The position numbers were made by a program, and so were the translations under genes. Source: Octopus vulgaris (Eukaryota). From it: a DNA stretch of 64,000 nt. Numbering within the stretch: position 1 is the stretch's first letter; each line of letters starts with the position of its first letter. The notes beneath the pieces were generated by a model, which did not search any database, was not told where the DNA came from, and saw nothing but the letters and a program-made list of their open reading frames with translations. Location of the stretch: contig OX597827.1 of the NCBI GenBank assembly GCA_951406725.2, positions 56,730,001 through 56,794,000 on the forward strand. The letters are read 5' to 3'. This document shows, piece by piece, positions 52,476-64,000 of this stretch.

Positions 52476-52859
52476 GTAAGTTAAAAGCAGACATGCAAAT
52501 TATCTTACTAAGTTGCATTTGGTTTAATCCTTTAGCCCTAAACCAGCCATATCAGGCCCAAATACTCTATGTTCTACATTCAAACTGGGCATATTTAACC
52601 TCTCACACCTAACCTACACTGACATTCTAAAATTAAACAGTCACATCATCAAAACCTTAAAGCTATAATTTAATGCATGCTTGAGTGTCAGGCTCACAAT
52701 CATGAGGCAGTGAGTTCGATTTGCAAACTGAGCTGTGTGTTGTGTTCTTGAGCAAGATGCTTTATTTCACTGTTTTTGTCATGTAATGTGGGTTGTTTTG
52801 CTTTCTAATAAGCGAGAATTTGTCAGAAGGTCTCAAGGAAAGTGAAATGACTTACATTA

Positions 52860-53456
52860 ATGATGAAAACTGAATTTGCGGGGAGGGTAAGAGTCAGATG
52901 CTTTGGAGATACATAAAAAGTGATGGTTCAAGAAATTTGGTTAAAATTGACAGTAACTTGAATAGTGCCAATACATCCAATTTCTGAAGGTCAATTTGAT
53001 ACCAGACTTGGATGAAGGTGAAATTTTTCAGCATGACAGAGCTGCATGTCACAGATTGTGAACAATACAACAGAGTGTGACTGATGAAGGTGTTACCATA
53101 TTGAAAGATTGGCCAACTCAGAGCCTTGGCTTAAATATCATCTAGCAAATGTGGACAGAACTAAAGAGAAGAGTTCATCAGAAGAATCCACTGCAATTTT
53201 GAAGAGTTGTGGGAGCTCAGCCACAGAGAATGGCATCTCACACCTGTGAAGATGATGAAGAATTTGTACTTTCTCTTCCCAGGTGCATTGAAGCAGTTAT
53301 TCAAGTTAATGGAAGCCACACAAAATATTAACAATGTACAGTAACTTCTTGAAATGAACATTATGTAATAAATTTTCATCATAGACATTTTTCTATTTTG
53401 AAGCACTGTATCTTGACTGGTTTATGTGCTGTGGCCAAAAACTTTTGCACTGCCAT
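52860..53456 (+). mobile_element. Tc1-like transposase 3' remnant
   Basis: FQHDRAACH, DWPTQSLGLNII*QMWTELKR, IEAVIQVNGSHTKY*; possible TIR near 53433-53455. Confidence 0.65.
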
Positions 53457-54650
53457 TTTTGGTGGTCGTCTCACATCTTCCCACATCAGATTAATTGCCT
53501 GGTGAGTTCACCTCTGAAATATTTACTATCATTGGTAGTCCATCAATATCTATCAATGACAGAGTCTGTGTTCTCAGTGATGAGAATACTTCTGATTCTG
53601 CAGTCCAAAGCTGGAAGCACACAGGCACCAGCAGATGTCTCAGAATGATAGTCTGTTGATTGGACTGAGATGGACACTGCCCTGTGATGTCTTTCACTTG
53701 CAGCAGTGAGATGCTGTCACCAGTCCTCTTTGTGGGCAGCTGCTGCTCATGAAGTGAGAGACTTCCATGCCGATCTGTCTGCAGCAGAAGTTTCAAGTTT
53801 ACATGCAGACTAAAAACCTACAACATCAAAGCTTTTATGAATTCAATCAATTGCTAATAGGCCTCTGATGCAAAACTTAACTCTTCTCTTCTTTGAAGGT
53901 ATTATTTGTAATTCTATTCTTTTCTTCGTTTGCAAATACCTACTTCTCTCATGTGTGTATTGGAATGTCTGCAACTGATTAGAATATAAATTGCTTTAAT
54001 GACGGTTATTATTCTTATGTACAAGTGAATGAAATATCTTAAATATTAACTAAGAATCAGACCACTGCCATAGTAATGTATAATGTACATTATCTGTTTT
54101 TATTATAAACTTTTCCAAATTACTTAAGAGATGAACAGAAGAATTATAATGCTAAACAATTATGAAAATCAAAATGCTGGAATGAAAAATATATTTATCA
54201 CAGAAATATATATGCTTGTGTGCATGCATATGTATAGACAGACTCAGACATACAGGCCATTATGTACCTGATATAAAAGAAGGGAAAATTTTCAAAAAAT
54301 GGTTTCCTGGATTGTTCATATTGCAGAATATTTTCTACTGTATGCTTATGTAAGCCAGTTGAAAGCTGAGCAAAATTCCTGATACCGTTTTGATTAGAAT
54401 AATTGCAAGAACTGGAGCTGCTGACTGGAAGCTATTCTGTGAAACTTTATTGCTTTTAATGGGTTTCCATCCTTCAGCTTGTTATTGTAGAAATGCATAA
54501 TGGAGTATAAATGATTCAGTTTATCATAAGAGCTATTTTTTTTTTTTTCTCTTTTCACAATTACTTGTTGACTTTTAGAGAGTTTTGAATTTGAATAAGT
54601 AATGAATGGAGAAATAAAAAATGAAGTTGAATTCAAATTGTTTATTTCAG

Positions 54651-54794
54651 TGTCCTTTTGATTCCCTTGATCATGAAGAGCTGCAAAAAAATACTCTGTC
54701 GTATTTAAAAACTTGCAATATAATGCAAAAATCTTTGCCTCCGAATAACATTGTTGGTGCATTGAAAGAGAAGGTGGAAGACATGAAAGAGAAG
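54651..54794 (+). CDS. DNAH6: Dynein heavy chain exon 20 (start of DHC_N2/linker-proximal region)
   Basis: CPFDSLDHEELQ...KSLPPNNIVGALKEKVEDMKEK; tcAG/GTaata; phase 0-0. Confidence 0.93.
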
Positions 54795-54894
54795 GTAATA
54801 GTATTAAATATATTTAATAAATGTTTTCATTTTTCTGTTACCATTTCACTAATACTTTATTTTCAGTTGTCAGTGTGTACTTTAAACAGTTATG

Positions 54895-54937
<43 letters not shown>

Positions 54938-55164
54938 GTAACAACTACTTTTCCATGCTTGCATGCATTGGACAGAAGAAGGTGGGTTTTCTATAGTCAG
55001 ATGCCCTTCCTGTTGCCAACCGGCCCCTGTTTCTAAGCAAGGTAATATTTCTCCAGAATCAGACATGTTTTCATGGAAGATTTGAAATAAAGAACTCTCT
55101 TTATATTGCAATGACGCTTGCTTACAACTGTCACACATACTGTCAAAGCAAAGAGACAGTAATG

Positions 55165-55213
<49 letters not shown>

Positions 55214-55618
55214 GCGCACACACACGCACACACACATGCACACAAACACACACACACACGCGCACACACACACACACGCACACACACACACACACACACA
55301 CGCACACACACACATACACACACACATAGGATTTTTAAAACATTGAATGGCTGCTATAAACGGATTAGATAAACAAGTCTGTTTTACCATATTAAATAAC
55401 TTTATTGGTGATAATGACTAGACAGAAAATTTGCGTATGTTTGTCTGACAGACCCCGTCTCTCTGTTTTTAGGTGGCAGACTTAATCTGCTGCCTAATTT
55501 AACTCCACTGCATGACACCTTGTTGCAAGATCCAGGCCAATCTCTTGTTTGTTTCTATCTCTCGCCTGTCTTTTGACTTGTCCCAGAGGCTATGCAAAAG
55601 GCTTTGAGTGCTGTTCAA

Positions 55619-55642
55619 TCTCTATATATATAAATGGCAAAA

Positions 55643-55683
<41 letters not shown>

Positions 55684-56989
55684 TTTATACAAATCCACAA
55701 ATTTTTCAGTTAGAGGGCTCGCACTTTCTATGGTCATTCAAAACCGTCCAAGGGTGGTCGTGCACATCTTTACATTTCCCCAGTCACCCTGCAAAGCCAT
55801 TAAAAAATCTATAGAAGTGACTTTTTTTGTGAATTTTCTATCCAAAACCCAATCAAAATCCCCGAAACTTGATACGCCAATTGAATGCCAACTAGCTGTA
55901 TGTGATTGGTCAGAGATTTGGACAGTACTCGCGTGTATGTGCGCATGCACGCAGCTGTATATGCATGCACTATGACCTGGTGTTGCCGAGTCATAGAAAA
56001 TATGCATTTTCACCTATGTGCCCAGACTTTGTAATCTTACTGCATTTATAGTAGACTAGCACTATGACCTGGTGTTGCCGGGTCATAGTGCTAGTCTACT
56101 ATAAATGCAGTAAGATTACAAAGTCTGGGCACATAGGTGAAAATGCATATTTTCAATGATTTTATTAATCTAGATTAATGAATAACATATTCACTATGGT
56201 TTTCACTATAGTGAAACCATAGTGAATATGGAAACCATATTCACTATGATTTCACTGTGGTTTCCATAAGTGATACAAAGTTCGATGTGCTTTGCACAGA
56301 TTCATACGAAACCCAATGCAGTGACCCCACATTTCTATCAGTTTGGGTACATTCATTCATAATGCATACCTTCCAGATGGTTCATGTCTATGATTTTCAT
56401 GAAGGACACTTCTTCCACTGGACCCTAGAAAAAGAAGTCAAGGAGATTAACATCTGGTGAGCATGGAAGCCCATTCCACAAAAATATTAGCGATATTTCC
56501 CATGTATCCAGACTTTATGGTCACTGTATCATCATCATCATCATAAATAAATAAAAATTTTTTTACAGAAATTAACGAACAAAACCAGCTGATCCGGATG
56601 ACAGATCTGGGAGTCAAAGCGACAGTTCTGAGGGTCAAAGTGAAAAATTGCTCCAAGTGAATACCATTACAGAAGTTTTTCCAAGTGCATTCAATGTATC
56701 TCAGCTTCAAAGATTTGGCTGCTATTTCTAGCACGCCCTGCTACCACGTAACAGCTATTTGCGATAAAGGACACAAAATACCTGTTACGTGGTAGCAGGG
56801 CGTGCAAGAAATAGCAGCCAAATCTCTCCTTTTGTGGAGAAAGGAGCCGTTTACGCCTTGATTTCAATGTTACAGTTGTTGAAAGCATGTGAAATAATCT
56901 GGAAAAGAAAAAAAACCCCCACAAAACAGAAGTCCATTGCTGGGAAACTCAGACTTTCCAAGTGACCCAATGGGTCACGGGTAGTCTAG
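55619..56989 (+). mobile_element. Two head-to-tail non-autonomous Helitrons (55619-56094 and 56095-56989)
   Basis: TC(tctatatata) start, hairpin + CTAG at 56091-56094, immediately followed by TC(tactataaatg); gtgaccc/gggtcac hairpin + CTAG|T at 56986-56990. Confidence 0.6.
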
Positions 56990-57096
56990 TAAATAAATTA
57001 AATTGTATTGCAGTCAGAGATTATATGACTGTTTATAATATGAATATAGTTATTTTTATATGACTAAATACTGACATTTATTTATTTTCTTTTCAG

Positions 57097-57306
57097 CTTC
57101 CTGTAATAATGAACTTACATAACCCTGCTTTGAGAGCTCGACACTGGGAGCAAATTCAAAGAGTTCTTGGCTTCTCTATTACGCCAGAAGACCCATTAAA
57201 CTTGGGAAAACTAATCGAGTGGAACTCTTTTGAATTTTTGGACGAAATTCAAGATATATCTAGCCAAGCAAGTTCTGAGAATGGTCTTGAGATCATTCTA
57301 AAGAAG
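57097..57306 (+). CDS. DNAH6: Dynein heavy chain exon 21
   Basis: LPVIMNLHNPALRARHWEQI...EIQDISSQASSENGLEIILKK; tcAG/GTaaat; phase 0-0. Confidence 0.95.
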
Positions 57307-57627
57307 GTAAATTCTATTTTCCCCTCGTTCTTTATTAACAACAGTTATAAACAAATAATAAGAACATTCCAGCTTGTAGTGAACCAAATTTGAGTGCCGG
57401 TTCTTTCAAATTAACTCTTTTACTTGTTTCAGTCATTTGACTGTGGCTATGCTGGAACACCGCCTTTTAGTCGAGCAAATCGACCCCAGGACTTGTTCTT
57501 TGTAAGCCTAGTACTTATTCTATCGGTGTCTTTTTGCCGAACCGCTAAGTTATGGGGACATAAACACACCAGCATCGGTTGTCAAGTGACGTTGGTGGGG
57601 GGGAACATATACATACACATACATACA

Positions 57628-57663
<36 letters not shown>

Positions 57664-57805
57664 TATATACACGATAGTGTAAAATTATACACATAAGGAA
57701 TCTACACATAGGGTGAAGATTCAACGCATTAGAGAGCCACAAAAATAATGGATAAGATTCGACAGGAGCAAAAATTTGAAAATGAAAAACATTTACCATT
57801 TATTA

Positions 57806-57883
57806 CCCCGGACCAATATTGGTTTCTGATCTTCTTTTAGCAAGTCATAGGAACTCACAAGGTCTGATCTTTCTCAACGAGGG
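57806..57883 (-). ncRNA. Type I hammerhead motif with U3-A8 core variant
   Basis: Minus strand ccctcg-TTGAGAA-agatc...gatca-GAAA-ccaatattgg-TC-cgggg then taataaa; 12-nt palindromic stem III, GUC triplet. Confidence 0.55.
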
Positions 57884-58211
57884 CCAACCATGTAAGACAG
57901 AAGACAGGGAACTGCTATCTGCCTGCTGACTACACGAAGTAACTTTTCAAAATTTCTGTGTGGTAAGGAAACTTACCACACAGCCACTTTTTTTTATGCC
58001 TGGTACTTATTCTATCAATCTTTTTTGCCAAACTACTAGCAAATCAAACAGGCAAAAAAAAACAAAAAAAAAAAAACAAAAAACAAAACAAAGTTTTATA
58101 AATTCAAGCTTAAGAGGTTTTATTTGAATGGTTTATCAACTTAAATATTTTCTCTTTGTTCATTTATGGAATAATTTTATATAATTAGAATGTGAATCAA
58201 ATCTTTTACAG

Positions 58212-58424
58212 GTTGAAAATTCATGGAAGAAAATTGAATTCCTTGTTTTGCCATATAAAGATTATGCCGACACGTTTATACTGGGAGGAACTGATGACAT
58301 CCAGCAAATTCTTGATGACAGTATAATTAACATTTCTACCATTGCAAGTTCACGCTATGTTGGTCCCATCAAATCTCGTGTAGAGGAATGGCAAGTAGAC
58401 TTGGAACTTGTTGGAAAGACTCTG
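58212..58424 (+). CDS. DNAH6: Dynein heavy chain exon 22
   Basis: VENSWKKIEF...FILGGTDDIQQILDDS...SSRYVGPIKSRVEEW...KTL; acAG/GTgagt; phase 0-0. Confidence 0.95.
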
Positions 58425-58694
58425 GTGAGTTTCTACTAAATTTCTTTTTTTCCCTTTTGTAAATGATGTAATTTTGGGATCAGGATTCTTTCATTTAGAT
58501 CCTTTCCATCCTCCTACCCCTCCTGCCCCTCCTGCTCCTCATGCCCCTCCTGATCCTCCTGCCCACCCTGCTCCTCCTGCCCTCCTGCTCCTCCTATCCC
58601 TACTCCTGCTCCTTTTCCTGATTCTGCTCCTACTCTTACTTCTGCTGCTCCTGCTGCCCCTCTTCCACCTCTTCCTCCTGCTCCTACTTTGTTG

Positions 58695-59000
58695 TTCATG
58701 CACACTTACTTTGCACATTCAATAGAGCATCTTAACTTTATTCCCTTTGAATCTTCTCAAATCCTCCTGCACTCAAAGACCATCTTTACCATGCAGCATT
58801 GCAATTTTAGCACAAGTATCATCCTGTCTGCCCTTTGCTCTAAAGGAAAAGACATTCTTTTGCCAGTAACAATAGAAACTTCCAGAACTCTTTTCTAACC
58901 TTACTCTAGCTCATTAGTCAAATCCCCAATGCGTTAACATAAGATGTCCTAACAACAATGTAAACCTTGTATGATCTAGGTATCCTTGGCCTGAAGAGTA
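58695..59000 (-). mobile_element. Highly decayed RTE LINE fragment
   Basis: Minus strand resembles the LPVLVTKGLSL...AMLHG...MLRWMCNVSVH stretch of the 18731 element. Confidence 0.5.
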
Positions 59001-59212
59001 GCTTGTGTTCTACCCCTCGTTTGGATAATTTACTACTTCCGAGTTTCTTCTAGCTATGAAACATATGTAACCTGGATTTTATCTACTCCATTCCCTAATT
59101 TTTGGATATATATGTGTGTGTATATGTGTGTATGTGTGTGTATGCTCAATCTATGCACAGTCTAAAAATGCATGTATGCACAATCTAAAAACTTTTTTTA
59201 ATTAAAATTTAG

Positions 59213-59393
59213 GATGCATGGCTTCTGTGCCAGAAAATGTGGCTTTATCTGGAAAGTATTTTTAGTGCCCCTGATATCATACGTCAGCTTCCGAGTGAAG
59301 GCAAAATGTTCCGACAAGTTGACAAAAGTTTCAAAGACATAATGAGAAAACTACTTAAAAGACCCCGAGCTTTAAGAGCATGTTTACAGCCAG
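59213..59393 (+). CDS. DNAH6: Dynein heavy chain exon 23
   Basis: DAWLLCQKMWLYLESIFSAPDIIRQLPSEGKMFRQVDKSFKDIMRK...LQP; ttAG/GTaaag; phase 0-1. Confidence 0.95.
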
Positions 59394-61238
59394 GTAAAGT
59401 GAATTGACTTGTTTATTTCAGTGCAGGTGTGCATGCGTTAGATATATTGGTGCAAAACAAGAGTGCTCAATATGTTTTATGGAGTTTAAATTTAACAGTT
59501 TTATTCAGAATTGTATTATTTACAGAACCGAAGAAAAAGAAAAGAAAACACTTCTCCTTACTTTTCTCATCACCACCATTAGACTTAATTAATTAATGTT
59601 CATCGTTAAGTATCAGATGAGTATTATTCTATATTGTATGTATGTGAAGGTGTTCTTTCCGTCATCCTCAGAAAATATTGTAATAATTAAATCTGAAGTC
59701 TCACTTTATAGATAAATAGGCCAATATCTTTAGTAATTTTAAATCAAAGTAATATTCTTCAAAGGTGTGTGCAGACGGCATAGGATATAAGATTATAAGA
59801 TTAGATGAAATGCAATAAAACAGATGATTGAATAATGGTACTTGTTTATTCCTTTTAGACCATTGTGGTTGACCATTCAGTAAAAGTGTAAATTTAGATT
59901 TTTTATATTTGAAAAAAAAAAAGTATTTCTATTCACCCATTTGTTTTATTTCATTTAATTGCTTTCTTATCATGTAACCTTATATTCTATGCCACCTACA
60001 CACAGCTTTGAAGAATTTTGCTTTGATTTAAAATTTTCTAAAGTTATAGATATACTGTAAAGATGTAACTATCCAATCATCTTCTCCATCATCTATTCTT
60101 GCAAGGGTCATGGGGTAGAAGAATGTATCATTGTCATGTCATACCGTCTCATAGGGGCCAGTTTTCCAATTTCCATGGCATAAATATTCCCCCACCTGGA
60201 TGGGTTGCAGGATTACTCACCTTTTTGCCAGCTGAATGGACTGGAGCAACATGAAATGAAGTGTTTTGCTCAAGAACACATTGCATCACCTGGTGCACAA
60301 TCTTATGATCATGTGTCCAACACCCTAACCACTAAGCCATGCACCTCCACATGGGGATTGAATCCTTAAGCAACTCATTCATAGGGTTGTTCTATCAGAA
60401 GCAAACATTGTTAGACTTTGAGCTGGATTCCAATATGTGACCAACAGAGACTGTGGGCATTATCCAACCAGCTCCTTCTTGGTCTATCCCTAGGTTTCCT
60501 GCTGGTTAGCTCGACTTGAAGAGTCAGCCTTGTGATTCTTTCAGCAACATTCTAATCACATGCCATAGTAACGAAGCTAAAGTACACAGTGATGCTGCTT
60601 GGGACAGAGTGATTTTGAACTCTGCTGTGCATGTGCACTAAGTTTTAAAGTTCTAGCTCACTTCTAATGTTTACAGCAGTGCTTGGAAGGAACGTGTGTA
60701 GCATGTGATTGTTGCCTTGAGTATGAATTTGCATCAAATTTTGCCAAAAGCTTTGTGATACCTGCTCAGAGGCCTACACAAAGTTACTCCCTAATCTTCA
60801 TCAGCAGAGCCAAGCCAGAGCGGCTTTAAAGCTACTGACCCTGAATGGGAAGATCTCCAAACAGATCTCTGACTTGTTTTGGAGAATTTGTTGCAGTTGG
60901 TTCCTCCAGAGTCATATCCAAATGATCACTGGATTTCATAATTAATTTCGATTATTCCTAATATTTATTTCCAAGTTATAAAAAATGTTATCATATAAAA
61001 AATTTGTCATAAAAAGACCATGTAAAAAAATTGCTGAAAACAATTGCAGTAATGAAAACTTGGGAATCCAAAATTTCAGGATTGTGAGTCCGGATTCAGC
61101 CTGGAATGTTTTTAACTTACTCATGGAATCAGCCTGATTCCAAAATGGTATGATATATTGGGCTATGGTCTCTAGGAGTTAAGTTGAAAAAGTGTGACAC
61201 ACTGACATTTGCATTTATTATATTAGATATATATATTT

Positions 61239-61319
<81 letters not shown>

Positions 61320-62251
61320 TACATACACTCACACACATAATGGGCTTCTTTTCAGTTTCTATATACTGAACCCACTCACAAGGCTTTGATTGACCAAGGA
61401 CTATAGAAAAAGGCACTTCGCGTCCAAGGAGTTATGTTGTGGGTCTGAACTCATTTGGTTGGGAAGCAAACTTCTTACCACATGGCCATGCCTGGAGCTT
61501 CAGTTGGTTCTGAGATAAACAGAATGATGCAAACTAAAGAAGAAGCAATGACAGTTTTCATTGGAACGATTGTGTCGGATAATGGCACGAAGAATGATTG
61601 GTAGTAAGATGCACAACATTTTACATCTCTTTTACTCACTACTCTTTTACTTGTTTCAGTCATTTGACTATGGCCATGCTGGAGCACTGTCTTAGAGAGT
61701 TTTAGTTGAACAAATCAACCCCATGACTTATTCTTTGTAAGCCTAGTACTTATTCTATCAGTCTCTTTTGCTAAACTGCTAAGTTACAGAAACCTAAACA
61801 CATCAGTGCTGGTTGTCAAGCAATGGTGTGGGGACAAAGACAGACACACACAAATATGTACATATATATATATATATATATATACATACACACACAAACA
61901 CACAACCATCATGACAAGGCTTCTTTTAGTCTCCGTCTACCAAATCAACTTACAAAGCTTTGGTTGGTCCAAGGGTATAGTAGAAGATACTTGCCCAAAG
62001 TTCCACACAGTGGAACTGAACCCAGAACCATGTGGTTGGGAAGCAAGCTTCTTACCACACAGCCATGCCTGCACCTATCAATTTACTTTTGAATGATATT
62101 GGAAATTCTTTGGTTTCCTTGTATGAACTTTAGTTATTCACTGTTGTAGGATATTGAATATGATAATAGATCTTGTAGTTCTAATCTTACTTGGTTTTAA
62201 AAATCTATGATTTTAATCAAATGAGAATTTCTTTAAAATTATTATTTTCAG

Positions 62252-62348
62252 GTTTGCTTGAGGCATTACAGAATAACAATGCTTTGTTAAATTCTATACA
62301 GAAATGTCTTGAAACATATCTGGAAGTGAAACGGTTGAGTTTCCCAAG
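62252..62348 (+). CDS. DNAH6: Dynein heavy chain exon 24
   Basis: GLLEALQNNNALLNSIQKCLETYLEVKRLSFP(R); tcAG/GTtacg; phase 1-2. Confidence 0.95.
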
Positions 62349-64000
62349 GTTACGTAGAAAAAATATTTTTTCAATTTAAAAATTTTTTTAAACGTTTATG
62401 TTTTACTTGTTTCAGTCATTGGACTGCGACCATGCTGGAGCACCACCTTGAACTAAGAGAGTGGCACAATCCAAAATGATCTTAGTATAGGCAGTGTGTT
62501 AGTCTCAAGCATATATATATATGGCTTGTGTAGATAACTAAACAAATAATACATGATCAACAAAGTTTATTAATCATTGTGTTATACACTTTGACCTATA
62601 TCAAAATTCAATGAAAAATCTGATAAGATGATCACCTCTACACACCTTGAAGGTTTAGCAAAACTAATTGCTAACTATGCAAATAGAAATCATTGGATGT
62701 AGGGAATGAAGCAGGTAAATACATACTACATATGTTTCTATGGAAAGCTGACTGGAAGTTATGTAACTTTAAGTTATTATATACATGCTCACTTCCCCTT
62801 TCTTCAAGTACTCTTTACTTTTTGTTTATGGAGTTTACTGTTGAAAGGAGGCAAGTTCAATACGATAAGAAGAAATTACAACTCTAGCAATAGTGGAGAG
62901 GTGGGTGGCAGTAAGGCTTGATTAAGCAACCAATGAAATTCTTTATCAGCAAGCACAGTACATTTGGGATGAAAGGGATGTGGTCTAAGGAGGTCAGTTC
63001 TTAAACAAAAAAATGTGGTTAGTTGGGGAAAAAAAGGAAGAAAACAAAGAGGATAAATGTTATCAACATAAGGTAATAAAGATGGAGCTAAGACACAAGA
63101 GCAGAAAGAATGAAAGTGAAAAATAAAATAAAAGATTTACAATTAAGTCTCATTAACAAGATAAAAGAACTTGTAAAGTCCTAGGTGCAGATACTGCAAA
63201 AAAAAAAAAAAATAAATGAAGCTAAATTTATACAAGTACTCAAATATATATTGAAATTATGTCTAGATAGATAACAAAATACAGAATGTACACATACATA
63301 CATTCAGACATATATATACATACATGTATTGTCATACAAATATGTGCATAAAGAAGCATATACACATACAAACATTAACATGCATATACACATGTAATAT
63401 GTAAAATATAAAGTTATATAACTTATGGTTGGCTTTCCTTTGAAACATATGTAGTACATATTTGCCTCCTCCATTTTCAACTCTCTCACAGGATATACTA
63501 ATAGCATTGGCTATTAGTATATCCTGTGAGATCACTGGGTAGTGAACATGATCAATGTTTTCTTTGTTGGTGTCAGTTGCAGGACATCCAAACATTGGCC
63601 ATCTTCAAGATTCTCCCTTTCTTTCCTAAATTTATGTCCTCTTTTTCATTGTTAATAAAGCTGAAGTATTATCCCCTAATGTAGCAACTATGTCAGCATA
63701 AATGCCCTTGAGGGTTAAACCCAACTTCTCCAGATAGTTGATAGCACCACAATGCCAAATTTTGTCCATTTTCAAGAGAAGTCACTACTAGTTACTTTTG
63801 AAGTCTTCTTTGAACAATTAGATGTCAGTTAACCTGAAAAGAAACACTACAGTTATTAATAACAAAGGCTGAAATTAATACATGTAAGATTTCACACATC
63901 TAGCATCATTCCTTAATAGTCAGCCTATGAACTTTTCAGCCCACCTGCAAAATATTGGGTTGTCTGGAAAGTTTGTGCCAATTTATAGTAGCTTACCTTT

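Noticed and set aside
53078-53112. CTGATGA...GAAA hammerhead-like words (CTGATGA also near 39916, 47957 and 58291)
   Set aside because: No supporting stems I-III; they lie in Tc1 remnant, SINE or dynein exon sequence.
58474-58725. Pro/Leu-rich ORF
   Set aside because: Degenerate (CCT)n low-complexity tract inside an intron.
60600-60790. mariner N-terminal-like peptide IKFCQKL (plus weak mariner-like pieces near 21600-21880 and 63952-64000)
   Set aside because: Short and decayed with undefined boundaries; plausible but not supportable as discrete features.

Overview
AT-rich, repeat-dense eukaryotic genomic DNA. The SINE families, RTE LINE tails and microsatellite load point to a coleoid cephalopod (Octopus-like); this is inferred, not proven. 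The backbone is the 5' part of a + strand axonemal dynein heavy chain gene most like DNAH6. I traced 24 GT-AG exons (4064-62348) whose phases join into one open frame of about 1,150 aa covering the tail and linker; the gene runs past the window end. The introns hold tRNA-derived SINEs, RTE, R4/Dong-like and CR1-like LINE pieces, a decayed Penelope-like element (RT + GIY-YIG), Tc1/mariner/pogo remnants, MITEs, non-autonomous Helitrons and long microsatellites. Almost all ORFs in the supplied track are microsatellite or repeat artefacts. The most interesting signal is non-coding: several small elements sitting in (TA)n tracts carry type I hammerhead-ribozyme folds with palindromic stem III. One is a near-identical 496-nt tandem plus inverted unit (2402-3478) that looks like a retrozyme or Penelope pseudo-LTR able to release a unit-length, possibly circular, RNA. 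These elements repeatedly land in the microsatellite carried inside one SINE family. Protein and family assignments come from recognised motifs, not database searches.
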